Assembly: GCA_965208625.1 (NCBI GenBank)
Contig: OZ242348.1
Coordinates: 1,309,567 to 1,373,566 of the forward strand
DNA: 64,000 nucleotides
Source: Dehalococcoidia bacterium
GTDB lineage: Bacteria; Chloroflexota; Dehalococcoidia; Lucifugimonadales; Australimonadaceae
Reading direction: 5' to 3'
Every line of letters starts with the position of its first letter. Positions within the stretch are counted from its first letter, which is position 1. Below are positions 28,766-38,239 of this stretch, piece by piece. The position numbers and the translations under genes were made by a program. The notes under the pieces were generated by a model. That model was not told where the DNA came from. It worked only from the letters and a program-made list of their open reading frames with translations, and did no database searches.

Positions 28766-30286
28766 TCAATCAGCGGCAGTGCGGTTCCGCCACGGAACGC
28801 CAACCGCGACCAGGAAGGTAACGGCAGCGCCCGGCCCTGCGCCGAGCGCCTCGACGACCTCGTCGTCGTAGAACGTGAGGCCGGTCGCGCCGAGTCCAAG
28901 CGCGTACGCCGCAAGGTAGACGCGGCCAGCCCTGATGCTGGCGTCGAGGTGGGCCGTCCGGTAACCACGGGCGCCCCACCTGCTGACGACGGCGGGCATA
29001 TCGGCGATGAAGTACAAGTTCGCCGCCGCGTCTCCGCCCAGCGGCTGGTCCAGGTCCAGGTGCTCGGCCAATTCTCGCGTCTCGGATACGCTGACCGGCT
29101 CCAGGGCGCTCAGCGACGACCGGTAGCGGTAGATGCCCGCCGCCAAGCCATCGACGGCGTTGGCGATGACGTACAGGTCGTTGAACGCTTCATCTGCGCC
29201 GGTGCCGTCCGGTTCTGTGGGACGCCCGGCGGCATTGAGCATCGCAGCCAGCGCCGGAAGGCTGATGGGTTCCCGGGCGAACCGGCGCGACGAGCCTCGC
29301 TGCAGGATGACGTCTTCCAGCGTTCTTGTGAGCGGCGCGCCTTCTCCAAGAGAGACTAGACCACCGTCTGACGAAGTGGACCCTGGGGCTGGTATCCGTG
29401 CACCCCTGACAGGAGCAGGAGCATCGAGCACGGTTGCTGCCTGCGCCTCGCGGATCAGCGGGTAGTCGATGGGATTGCGGGAGAGCGGCACGACGGGTAA
29501 ATCCAGCCGTGTCGGAACGTCGACTGTGGACGTCTCGGGGCCAGTGCCCAAGGGCAACAGGGCAACTGACACCTCAGTCTCCTCATCGACATCGATGAGG
29601 TCGTTTATCGGTGCATCCGCGTATCTCGTGACGAGGTCGGCCTTCACGCCGTTGGCGCGCGCCGCAGCCGTACTGTGCGCCAGGACCGTTCCGCAGTCCC
29701 AGAAGGCGTGGCGGTAGGTCCTGCTGCCGTACTTCCATGAGTTACGCCAGAACGTGGATGTGTAGACGACGATGGCGGCGGGGGTATGCGCCAATTCCGC
29801 CGCCTTCACGGCTACCTCACGGAAGTCTCCGTCGCGGAGCATGCGCAGGGTGTTGTCCTGCGCGCCGTACTGATAGACACCGGCAGGCAGATCGGCGAGC
29901 GGCCCGGCGATGACATACAACTCGATGTGATAGAGCGCGCCGGTGCACGCGGCGGCGCGGAAGAACATGTACCCGTTGCCCGCGCGCAGCCGCTTCGTGA
30001 TCCCGGCAGAAAGCTGCAGGACGCTCGCCAGACTCGACAACGTCAACTCGGCATCGCCCACGACTGGGGAACCTTCGTCCGGAAGTGAATCGCCGACCGA
30101 CACGCCGGTCCGAGTCAGCTCGGACGGCAGCGGGGTCTCCGGAAGCGGAGCGTCGTAGAGTTTCCAGGGGCGGGGCATGTTCGTGAAATCGAGCATGTGC
30201 CCGCCGCGACGAACGCTCTCCACGGAGTGCTTGGTGGCCTCGTGGTAGGCGAGGATGGCCTCGGCCTCGGAACGACTCTGCGTCAC
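28766..30286 (-). CDS. SagB/ThcOx-like FMN dehydrogenase with two nitroreductase domains
   Basis: YHEATKHS, RAAACTGALY, WKYGSRTYRHAFWDCG, then a second domain RGSSRRF...YLAAYALGLGATGLTFYDDEV. Confidence 0.85.
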   Translation of the reverse strand: MTQSRSEAEAILAYHEATKHSVESVRRGGHMLDFTNMPRPWKLYDAPLPETPLPSELTRTGVSVGDSLPDEGSPVVGDAELTLSSLASVLQLSAGITKRLRAGNGYMFFRAAACTGALYHIELYVIAGPLADLPAGVYQYGAQDNTLRMLRDGDFREVAVKAAELAHTPAAIVVYTSTFWRNSWKYGSRTYRHAFWDCGTVLAHSTAAARANGVKADLVTRYADAPINDLIDVDEETEVSVALLPLGTGPETSTVDVPTRLDLPVVPLSRNPIDYPLIREAQAATVLDAPAPVRGARIPAPGSTSSDGGLVSLGEGAPLTRTLEDVILQRGSSRRFAREPISLPALAAMLNAAGRPTEPDGTGADEAFNDLYVIANAVDGLAAGIYRYRSSLSALEPVSVSETRELAEHLDLDQPLGGDAAANLYFIADMPAVVSRWGARGYRTAHLDASIRAGRVYLAAYALGLGATGLTFYDDEVVEALGAGPGAAVTFLVAVGVPWRNRTAAD

Positions 30287-30297
30287 CTGTTCATCCG

Positions 30298-31179
30298 CTA
30301 GTGAACGACCGCGGCCTCGTAGTCGAGGGCACCGGCCTGATCCGCCGTGAAGAGGTCGTGCAACATCATCCAACGGTGCGTCCGCTCGAAGACCTCGACG
30401 GTGTACGGCTCGAACACGAGCCGCTCGCCGATGCCGCACCGGCGGATGTCCAGCATGGAGTGGTACTTCTCCGGGAGCTCGTCCAGCAGGTAGTGCTTGT
30501 AGCGCTCGGGTTCTACGTCGATGTCGCGCTGGGCGCGTTGCAGAGCGCGGAAGTACTTCGCAGCGTCTTCGTCCGTCGCCGTGTCCTGGATGAGGAAGCC
30601 TATCATGAACGAGGTGTCGACCACCTTCCTGAAGCCCTGCTGTTCCAGCACGTAGGACGGCGTGCCGAAGACGTTGCCCGCCTGCACGCGACGGTCCAGC
30701 AGCAGTTGCAGTCTGTCCAGCGGTCCGCCCACGAACTGCAACTCGACGTGCTCTGGCCCCAGCAGCGGTTCAAGCGCCTGGAGCGCGGAGAAGTGGCTGC
30801 CCGAGTGGTAGCCAACCGCGACCGGCACACCGGCGAGGTGCTCCGGTTCAGTGAAGGGAGACTCGGGCGGCACCCATACGCCCGAGGGAGTGACCGAGTA
30901 GGCGTGTCCCCACATGCGGCCGTGCTGAGCGCTGGCGGCCATTCCCACCGCCCAGTGACACGCGGAACTGACGTCGCAGGCCCGGCCTGCTGACATCGAT
31001 TCGAAGGCGCCGCGCTTCACTTCGTCGGGCGCGCCCTCAGCCGAGTTGACGGAGGGGTTGCGCGACCCTTCGCCTGAATGCCTGAACTCGTAGTCCAGAC
31101 CCTCATCTGTGAAGTAGTCGTTCTCCTCGGCTACCCACTCCTGAAGCCGGGAGTGAGGCTGGATGATGAACGTGCCCAT
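30298..31179 (-). CDS. NMT1/THI5/SsuA-like periplasmic-binding-fold protein without signal peptide
   Basis: WVAEENDYFTDEGLDYEF, LAGVPVAVGYHSGSH. N-terminus MGTFIIQPH is not hydrophobic. AAGGAG RBS. Confidence 0.75.
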   Translation of the reverse strand: MGTFIIQPHSRLQEWVAEENDYFTDEGLDYEFRHSGEGSRNPSVNSAEGAPDEVKRGAFESMSAGRACDVSSACHWAVGMAASAQHGRMWGHAYSVTPSGVWVPPESPFTEPEHLAGVPVAVGYHSGSHFSALQALEPLLGPEHVELQFVGGPLDRLQLLLDRRVQAGNVFGTPSYVLEQQGFRKVVDTSFMIGFLIQDTATDEDAAKYFRALQRAQRDIDVEPERYKHYLLDELPEKYHSMLDIRRCGIGERLVFEPYTVEVFERTHRWMMLHDLFTADQAGALDYEAAVVH

Positions 31180-31266
31180 AGCGCTCCTTCTGCGTGCTCC
31201 GAGCCTGCGGTCGGCTGCGGTGCCATAGTACGACCGGGGCAATGCCTCCGCAAACGACGTCATTCC

Positions 31267-32313
31267 TGTAGATGTCAGCTAATTTGCTGACAGATTCTGC
31301 ATGGTTTCGAGGGGTGTCTTGCCACCCAAGCCTTGGTGGGGCCGCTCCGTGTTGTAGTAGAGGAGGTACTGGACGAGCTCGTCCTTCAACTCCTCCGATG
31401 ACTCAAACGTTGTCCCTTCGATGAGGTCCTCGTTCAGTGTCCGCCAGAACCGTTCGACCTTCCCGTTCGTCTGCGGGCGGTAGGGCCGGGTGTAGCGGTG
31501 CTGGATGCCCAGTTCCTGCAGCATCCGCTCCATCGGATGGTGCGCCTTGTTGGTTGGTGAGGCCATCTCCGGGCCGTTGTCCGTGATGATCTCCTCGAAG
31601 CGGACTCCATACTCCGCGTTCAGCATGTTGATGCTCTTGAGCGCGGCGAACATCACGCTCAGGCTCTTTACGTCCTCTACCACCTCTGCCCAGGCGAGAC
31701 GGGTGCAGGCGTCCACCACCGAGACCAGGTAGTAGCGCTGCTTGGCGCCGACGATGAGGTCCTTGCTCAGGTGGTGAGCGTCAAGGTGCCCCAACTCCCC
31801 TGCGCGGGTCTTGATGATGCGGCGTTTGGACTGTTGCATCGCTTTGGTCATCTTGTTCAGGCCGTGGCGCCTGCTAATGGCATAGATGGTGGACGGCGCA
31901 GGGGTATGTCCCTTCAGCTTCGGTTTGAGTATGGCATAGATCTCGTAGCGGTTGTTGCCCTTGCGCCGCTGCTCCAGCACTTGCTGCTCGATGTAGGGGA
32001 TGGTGCGGCGGCTCTTCCACCGGGGTCCTCGCTTGCGGGGCAGCAGGGCGGCGGAGTCGCCGGACTGCCGGTAGCGGTTGTAGTACTTGGCGAAGGTCTG
32101 CCGGTTCGTCCCATGGTGGGCGTAGAAGTCCTGGAGGAAGCGGAACCGGTGGTGGCGCTTGGCCTTGACCAGCTCGTATTCCCGGATCAGGAACCGATAC
32201 TTCTGGACGTAGTTCCGCTCCACCGTGCGGTCATTGCTGTTGTCTCGCATCGTCGTCTCCAGAATGAACTGCGTTCTCAGACCATTCTGTCAACGAATTA
32301 CCTAACACCTACA
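31267..32313 (-). mobile_element. IS481-family insertion sequence, complete (1047 bp)
   Basis: Ends TGT...ACA. 28-bp imperfect inverted repeats TGTAGATGTCAGCTAATTTGCTGACAGA / TGTAGGTGTTAGGTAATTCGTTGACAGA (23/28). 5-bp direct repeat ATTCC at 31262-31266 and 32314-32318. Confidence 0.9.
31279..32250 (-). CDS. IS481-family DDE transposase
   Basis: GELGHLD, VVDACTR, TDNGPE, RPYRPQTNGKVERF, YNTERPHQGLGGKTP. Confidence 0.93.
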   Translation of the reverse strand: MRDNSNDRTVERNYVQKYRFLIREYELVKAKRHHRFRFLQDFYAHHGTNRQTFAKYYNRYRQSGDSAALLPRKRGPRWKSRRTIPYIEQQVLEQRRKGNNRYEIYAILKPKLKGHTPAPSTIYAISRRHGLNKMTKAMQQSKRRIIKTRAGELGHLDAHHLSKDLIVGAKQRYYLVSVVDACTRLAWAEVVEDVKSLSVMFAALKSINMLNAEYGVRFEEIITDNGPEMASPTNKAHHPMERMLQELGIQHRYTRPYRPQTNGKVERFWRTLNEDLIEGTTFESSEELKDELVQYLLYYNTERPHQGLGGKTPLETMQNLSAN

Positions 32314-32400
32314 ATTCCCCATCGTCGGCGATAGGGCACACGGTAGCGCAGCCCCTGCATTTGCGGTACGCTCGCGCCGAACGAACGAGGAGGAACGGCC

Positions 32401-33438
32401 ATGGGAACAGTCCTCTACCTGGGAACGCGGAACGGTGTACTGACGGTCATCGAGGACGGCAAGAGCTGGGCCATTGCCAACCACGACCTCAAGGGCTGGG
32501 AGGTCCCGGAGGTCGAGCCTTCGCCGGATGACCCCCGATGCGTTTTCGCAGGGACACGCGGAGACGGCGTGTGGCGCAGCGAGGATGCAGGCGCCCACTG
32601 GACCAAGCCCTCCTACGGCAAGGTCGCACCGGGGAAGGTGCGCTGCGTCACTATCGACCCGCACAACCCCCAGACGGTCTACGCGGGGTGTGAACCCATC
32701 GGCATATGGAAGAGCGCCGACGGCGGAGCGTCATGGGCCGAGGTCGAGTCCGTCCGGAACTTCCCGAGCGTCGCGGGCATGGGCTACCCGGTCCCGACCG
32801 TCGAGCCCCACGTGCGCGACATCACCGTCGACCCTGACGACCCGAACACCATCTACGCCGCCCTCCAGGTGGGCTACATGCTCAAGACGACAGACGGCGG
32901 CGCGACGTGGCGGCTGCTCGACAACGGCCTCGACGAGGACGTGCACGCCATCATCACCGACCCGCGCGACACCAGCCACCTCTACATCTCGAGCGGCGGC
33001 GAGGGGATGCGATCAGGCAAAGCGCCGGGGCGCAGCCTTTACCGGAGCCTCGACGGCGGGGACAACTGGCTGCCTATAGCGCTGGAGTTCCAGAACGAGT
33101 ACTCGGTCGCCTTCGCCTACGACCCGTCCGACCCCTCCGTCATGTACTCGGCAGTGGCGAACGGCAATCCCGGCCAGTGGCGCGCCCGCGAGTCCGGCGC
33201 TGAAGCGAACCTCATCCGCTCCCGCGATGGAGGCGAGACCTGGCACGAGTTGAACGCGGGCGACGAAGCGGTGCGCGGTTTCCCGGAGGCCATAGCCGTC
33301 GACCCTCAGACACCCGGTCGCGTCTTCCTCGCCACGCGCTCAGGCCGCCTCTTCACGAGCGACGACGGCGGCGACAGTTGGGCTGACCTCGGCGTTACGA
33401 CGCCGGACGTCGCCAACATGAAGATTGCGCACGTTTAG
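32401..33438 (+). CDS. BNR/Asp-box beta-propeller protein (YCF48/VPS10-like)
   Basis: Repeated SxDGGxxW Asp-boxes (six copies). No signal peptide. Confidence 0.8.
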   Translation: MGTVLYLGTRNGVLTVIEDGKSWAIANHDLKGWEVPEVEPSPDDPRCVFAGTRGDGVWRSEDAGAHWTKPSYGKVAPGKVRCVTIDPHNPQTVYAGCEPIGIWKSADGGASWAEVESVRNFPSVAGMGYPVPTVEPHVRDITVDPDDPNTIYAALQVGYMLKTTDGGATWRLLDNGLDEDVHAIITDPRDTSHLYISSGGEGMRSGKAPGRSLYRSLDGGDNWLPIALEFQNEYSVAFAYDPSDPSVMYSAVANGNPGQWRARESGAEANLIRSRDGGETWHELNAGDEAVRGFPEAIAVDPQTPGRVFLATRSGRLFTSDDGGDSWADLGVTTPDVANMKIAHV

Positions 33439-35501
33439 CCTGGCGGCGGTACGGCAAGCTCCGGCGACAGGTAGTTGCGCGACGCAACGAATGCGCCGCA
33501 CGCTCTGCAGACGCCCGCGAGCAGACGGAACCCCGTGCCCGTGAACGGGGCATAGGGCGCACCCAGGTCCGCCCAGTCGACCTCGATGACCTTGACGCCG
33601 TCCGCGAGGCTCTGCTCACACCGACCGCACGCGGCGGGGAGAGCGCCGATGGCCTGCGCCACCTGCGGGTCGACCTCGGGTGCGTCCAGGCGTTGTCGCC
33701 GCATCCCGGTGCGGCGCTCATCTGTTGCAGCGTCGTCCACGCTCCCAACAGGACCGAGTGTCACGCCGTACAGTTGCTGCGCCGCGTCGACCGACAGCAG
33801 CCCCGACGCCACGTCAGCGGCGACCGCGTCCGCCGCTCTTTCGAGTGGGTCGCCCCAGCCACTGCCCCCTGCCCCGCTGCAGTACAGCACGTCACCGTTG
33901 TGGAGCGCGGTTCGTCCGAAGGACGGCGGAACCTCCGCGTCAGATGCCGAGGTCACGTCCGTGTCCGTGGAACCTGCCGCACGCGCCTGCCTGAAGACTT
34001 GCAGGACGTTGGCGCTGCCAGGGTAGCCGCCATCGAAGGGAGGACTGCTCGGACAGTCCAGTCCGTGGCTGTGGAAAACGAGCGAGCCGATCTCGTCGAC
34101 GCCGTGAGGGGTGAGGCCGACCTCGATGCCGACTCCACCGCGCCGCAGACCGGCCCCGGCTGAATCGCGGCCCTGCCGCCGGAACAGGTAGAGCCACGGG
34201 TAGCGCAGTTCGTTCGTCTCGACGTTCGGCACCGTGACCTCGGGCTCGCTGCCCGAGCCGGTGTCGATGCCATCCTGAGAACCGCGAGCGCCGCTGCCCT
34301 GCCCCAGTCCGCAGTCCGTGAACACGCCTGCGAACCGGTTGCCCTGGGCGTCGAACGCGGCGAAGTCGAACAATGGCATGTGCGAGCGCCACGTCGTGAT
34401 GGCGCGGTCGGGCATGCCACCATCGGCAAGCATCCTGCTGATACAGCTCGTAACCGCGTGGAAGACAGCGTACGTGCCGGACGTGGTCCCTTTGCAGACG
34501 CCTGCCGGCCAATCGCAATCGACGAACGAGCCGCGCTCGGCCTGTACGTCGCAGACGCGCGCGACGCCCGCCGGGCAGAGCGGCACTGCGTAGCCGAACG
34601 TGGCCATCACCGCCCGGACAACGTATCCCTCGAGCGCAGGACGTGTGACGTTGATCACGCCGGGCGCCTGCCGGGAGGAGCCGGAGAAGTCGAAAACGAG
34701 CGAGTCCCCTTGCTTGGTGAGCGTCAGGCGGCATGTGTATATCTCGACCTGACCGCGGTCGTAGTAATCGAGGTAGGTCTCCTCCGACCATGCCCCGTCG
34801 GGGATCTCGCGGAGGATGCCACGCAGCCGGGCCTCGACCGAATCGATGATGCGCTCCATCGTCGCCGTGACCGTCTCGGGCCCGTAGCGCTCGACCAGTT
34901 CCATGACGCGCTGCTGCATCACGGTATTGGCCGCGATCTTGGCTCGCAGGTCTATGGCGTTCTGGGCAGCCGTGCGGGAGCGGCGCAGCCAGTCGGCCTC
35001 GATGTCGCTGCGGAGCACGCCCGCCTCCACCATGCGCACAGGGGGCATGGGCAAACCTTCGTCCCAGATAGACTGCGCGCCCAGCGAAACCTGACCCGGC
35101 GTCGAGCCGCCGGCGTCGGCCACGTGGATGCCAGCGCCGGTCCACCCGAGCCGCTGCCCGCCCGCAAACATGGGCGCGACCACAACCGTGCAGGTCTGGT
35201 GCGGCGTCGCGACGTACGGGTCATTGGTGAAGAACATGTCGCCGGAGTTGATGCCAGGGTTCGTCGCACAATGCTCGTCCACGTAGTTGCAGGCGTAGCT
35301 GCAGGCGAGGGCATGCGTCACGATGGTCGGGCCAACGACGACAGCCTCACCCCTGCCATTCAGCAGCGCCACGTTGCAGTCATTCGACAGCGCGACGGTC
35401 GGCGAACCGGAGACGTTGCGCAGCGATATGGCCCCCTCGTTCACGATGGTGACCAGACGGTGGCGGAGGATTTCGAACGTAACCGGATCGAGTGAGGTCA
35501 T
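33435..35501 (-). CDS. Hydantoinase B/oxoprolinase family subunit with C-terminal Cys4 domain
   Basis: LDPVTFEIL, NDPY, HVADAGG, VETNELRYP, GGSGWGDPLER, then CGRC...CRACG tail. Confidence 0.88.
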   Translation of the reverse strand: MTSLDPVTFEILRHRLVTIVNEGAISLRNVSGSPTVALSNDCNVALLNGRGEAVVVGPTIVTHALACSYACNYVDEHCATNPGINSGDMFFTNDPYVATPHQTCTVVVAPMFAGGQRLGWTGAGIHVADAGGSTPGQVSLGAQSIWDEGLPMPPVRMVEAGVLRSDIEADWLRRSRTAAQNAIDLRAKIAANTVMQQRVMELVERYGPETVTATMERIIDSVEARLRGILREIPDGAWSEETYLDYYDRGQVEIYTCRLTLTKQGDSLVFDFSGSSRQAPGVINVTRPALEGYVVRAVMATFGYAVPLCPAGVARVCDVQAERGSFVDCDWPAGVCKGTTSGTYAVFHAVTSCISRMLADGGMPDRAITTWRSHMPLFDFAAFDAQGNRFAGVFTDCGLGQGSGARGSQDGIDTGSGSEPEVTVPNVETNELRYPWLYLFRRQGRDSAGAGLRRGGVGIEVGLTPHGVDEIGSLVFHSHGLDCPSSPPFDGGYPGSANVLQVFRQARAAGSTDTDVTSASDAEVPPSFGRTALHNGDVLYCSGAGGSGWGDPLERAADAVAADVASGLLSVDAAQQLYGVTLGPVGSVDDAATDERRTGMRRQRLDAPEVDPQVAQAIGALPAACGRCEQSLADGVKVIEVDWADLGAPYAPFTGTGFRLLAGVCRACGAFVASRNYLSPELAVPPPG

Positions 35502-35510
35502 GCCTTGCTC

Positions 35511-37577
35511 CTACACCGTTATCTCGAGATTGGAGTATCCATCGACCTCGACCGCCTGCCCCGCATGCACGACGACCGTTGTGTTCGGCGATTCGACGAT
35601 CAGCGGACCCTCGATCTTCGCGCCTGGCGCCAGGTCGGCCAACGCGAACACCGGAGTCGAAGTAGGCTGCTCTTCGAAATAGATGTCGCGCGTTGCGTTA
35701 GGCGCAGGCGTCGAACCCCTTGCATGAGAGCTGCGCGTGAGCGCGTGGGCGGCGGCAGGGAGCGTCGAGATGAGGTGGAAGGTCACGATCTCTGTTGGGG
35801 AACCCACGACCGCGCTCCCCTTGCCGAATGCCTGCTCGTAGCTCGTAAAGAACCGCTGGACGAGAGTCTCCGCCGTATCGTCCGGCGATAGCGGCACGCG
35901 TATCTCGTGCACCTGGTGGCGGAAGCGCATGTCCACGAAACGCTGATAGCGGGCGGCATCCGGGTCCAGCGCGGCGGCCTGCCAATCAGCCTGCATCGAC
36001 GCCTCCATAACCGCGCACGTCTCCTGTACGGCCTCGGTCCGGTACGGCTCCCGCATCGGCGCGGCCCTGGTCTGGTGACGGCGGAACTCTCCGGTGGCGA
36101 TGCCGAATGCGGACTGCACCGGCGCGTAAAGCGGCACGTAGACCTTCGAAACTCCCAGCTGGCGCGCGTACGCGCCCACGTGGACCGGCCCCGCGCCACC
36201 GTAAGCGAACAAGGTGAAATCGCGGGGGTCGTAGCCGGTCGAGATCGTCATGGTCCGCAGCAGGTCGGCCATGCGAGCGTCGACGATGTCGATGATGCCG
36301 AGCGCGGCGCGCACCGGGTCCATGCCGAGTGGGCGTGCCACCCGCTCGGTGATCGCGGCAAGCGCAGCCTCCCGGTCAAGTTTCTGCCTGCCGCTCCAGA
36401 ACGAGTCGGGGCCAATCCGTCCAAGCACGACGTTCGCATCGGTGACCGTCGGTTCCGTGCCTCCCGCGCCGTAGCAGACGGGGCCGGGCGTGGAACCGGC
36501 GCTGTGCGGGCCTACGTGCAGTTCACCGAACCCGTCCACGGCGGCGATGCTGCCGCCCCCCGCCCCTATCGATGTCACTTCGACCGTGGGAACGCGCAAC
36601 CGGTGTCGCTCGACAACGCTCTCGCCGGAGAAGCGCGGCTGGCCGTTCACGATGAGGCCAACGTCGAAGCTCGTGCCTCCCATGTCCGTGCAGATGGCGT
36701 TCTGCACACCCAGGGCAGCCGCTAGCCGCTGCACGCCCATGACACCACCTACCGGTCCCGCGGCCAGGCCAGTAACGGGCCTGCGCCGCAATTCCTCGCT
36801 AGCCGCGAGGCCGCCATTGGACTGCATCAGCAGCAGCGGCTGGCGCAGACCGCGTTCGCGCAGGCGTGCGTCAATCTCGGCGAAGTCGCGTTCGGCCCCG
36901 GGGGCGAGGTAGGCGTTCATCAGCGTCGTGTTCGCGCGCTCGAACTCGCCCAACGTCGGCGCGATATCGCTGGAGAGGTTCACGGGAAGACCGGGCGCCG
37001 CCCGCTCAATCAGCTCTCGCGCCTTCTGTTCATGTGTGGGGTTGAGGAACGACCAGAGGAACATCACCGCTATGGAGTCCACGCCCCGATCGTGAAGGTC
37101 ATTCACTGCCTGCAGCAGTCCCGCCTCATCGAGCGGCGCGACGACTACTCCGGTGGAATCGACACGCTCAGAGACGCCGCACACGCCGCCTTCCACGAAC
37201 AGCGGCTCCGGCTTGTTCCAGGCGGCCACGTCGTAGTGCAACTGCTCGGGCAGTCCTTCCGAGCGCGAGAGGACGCGGCCTATCCGCACCGCGTCCTCGT
37301 GACCCTGCGTCGTGATGAAGCCCACCCTGGCCCCACGCCGGGACACGACACGGTTGATGAGGCTCGTCGTGCCCAGCGCGAACACGCTCGCTTCCGAAAG
37401 CACGGCATCGACATCCGTGCCCAGCCGGTCGCAGACGTTGGAAAGGGCTGCAACGATGCCCTCCGCGAGGTTGGATGGCGTCGTGAAGGCCTTGTCCATC
37501 CAGACGCGGCCCTGGTCGTCCACGACCACGCAATCGGTGAACGTACCTCCCACGTCTATGCCAACGACACTCCCCAC
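35511..37577 (-). CDS. Hydantoinase A/oxoprolinase family ATP-binding subunit
   Basis: GIDVGGTFTD, EFERANTT, DMGGTSFDV, IGAGGGS, SAGSTPGPVCY. Confidence 0.92.
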   Translation of the reverse strand: MGSVVGIDVGGTFTDCVVVDDQGRVWMDKAFTTPSNLAEGIVAALSNVCDRLGTDVDAVLSEASVFALGTTSLINRVVSRRGARVGFITTQGHEDAVRIGRVLSRSEGLPEQLHYDVAAWNKPEPLFVEGGVCGVSERVDSTGVVVAPLDEAGLLQAVNDLHDRGVDSIAVMFLWSFLNPTHEQKARELIERAAPGLPVNLSSDIAPTLGEFERANTTLMNAYLAPGAERDFAEIDARLRERGLRQPLLLMQSNGGLAASEELRRRPVTGLAAGPVGGVMGVQRLAAALGVQNAICTDMGGTSFDVGLIVNGQPRFSGESVVERHRLRVPTVEVTSIGAGGGSIAAVDGFGELHVGPHSAGSTPGPVCYGAGGTEPTVTDANVVLGRIGPDSFWSGRQKLDREAALAAITERVARPLGMDPVRAALGIIDIVDARMADLLRTMTISTGYDPRDFTLFAYGGAGPVHVGAYARQLGVSKVYVPLYAPVQSAFGIATGEFRRHQTRAAPMREPYRTEAVQETCAVMEASMQADWQAAALDPDAARYQRFVDMRFRHQVHEIRVPLSPDDTAETLVQRFFTSYEQAFGKGSAVVGSPTEIVTFHLISTLPAAAHALTRSSHARGSTPAPNATRDIYFEEQPTSTPVFALADLAPGAKIEGPLIVESPNTTVVVHAGQAVEVDGYSNLEITV

Positions 37578-37584
37578 GAGGCTG

Positions 37585-38238
37585 CTATCCGCTCCACACG
37601 GCAAGGATGTCGTCGAGCGCCACGAGGTCCGACGCCAGCAGCGTCATGGCAGCCTCGTGCTGCGCCGGGTTCATGCCCGCCACGCACTCGCGGGGGATGA
37701 CCGTGAAGTAGTCGAGCGTGAGCGCGAAACGGGCGGTCGTCAGGATGCCAGAGTGGCTGGCCACGCCGGCCAACACAAGTGTTCGCGCTGAGAACGACCG
37801 CAGGAGCTTGTCCAGCGGCGTGCCCTGGAACGCGCTGAACGCGTACTTGTCGACTTCGGCGTCGCCCGATTGAGGGGCAAGCTCGTCGACGACGGCGTGC
37901 CCCCAACTGCCCAGCACGACGTTGGGCTCGGCTCCCCGCTGGCCGTTGGCAAGCAGGTGCCGCAGGTGGACGGGCGATTCGTCCGAAGCGTCCGGCAGGT
38001 GGCTCGCCCTCGTGTAGATGACGCGTACGCCCGCTGCGCGGGCAGCCTGGGCCAGTACGCCGATACGCTCGACGGCCTGTCGCGTGGAGGCTGCGAGCGA
38101 CTCGTCGAGCTTCGAGAAGAGCTTGCCGCCCGGTGCGCAGTAGTCGTTCTGCACGTCGTGGATGAGGAGGCACGTCCACGACGGGTCGATCAGTTCGTCG
38201 AGAGTCTCCGGTATCTGCTTGCCGCCGACACTCAGCAT
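37585..38238 (-). CDS. Isochorismatase/cysteine-hydrolase family protein
   Basis: IHDVQNDY, DKYAFSAF, GVASHSGI (usual nucleophilic Cys position is Gly). Confidence 0.82.
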   Translation of the reverse strand: MLSVGGKQIPETLDELIDPSWTCLLIHDVQNDYCAPGGKLFSKLDESLAASTRQAVERIGVLAQAARAAGVRVIYTRASHLPDASDESPVHLRHLLANGQRGAEPNVVLGSWGHAVVDELAPQSGDAEVDKYAFSAFQGTPLDKLLRSFSARTLVLAGVASHSGILTTARFALTLDYFTVIPRECVAGMNPAQHEAAMTLLASDLVALDDILAVWSG

Positions 38239-38239
38239 C

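Noticed and set aside
28766-30286. SagB-like dehydrogenase as a sign of a thiazole/oxazole RiPP cluster
   Set aside because: No YcaO cyclodehydratase, Cys/Ser/Thr-rich precursor or RiPP transporter nearby. Tandem-domain SagB-like genes often stand alone.
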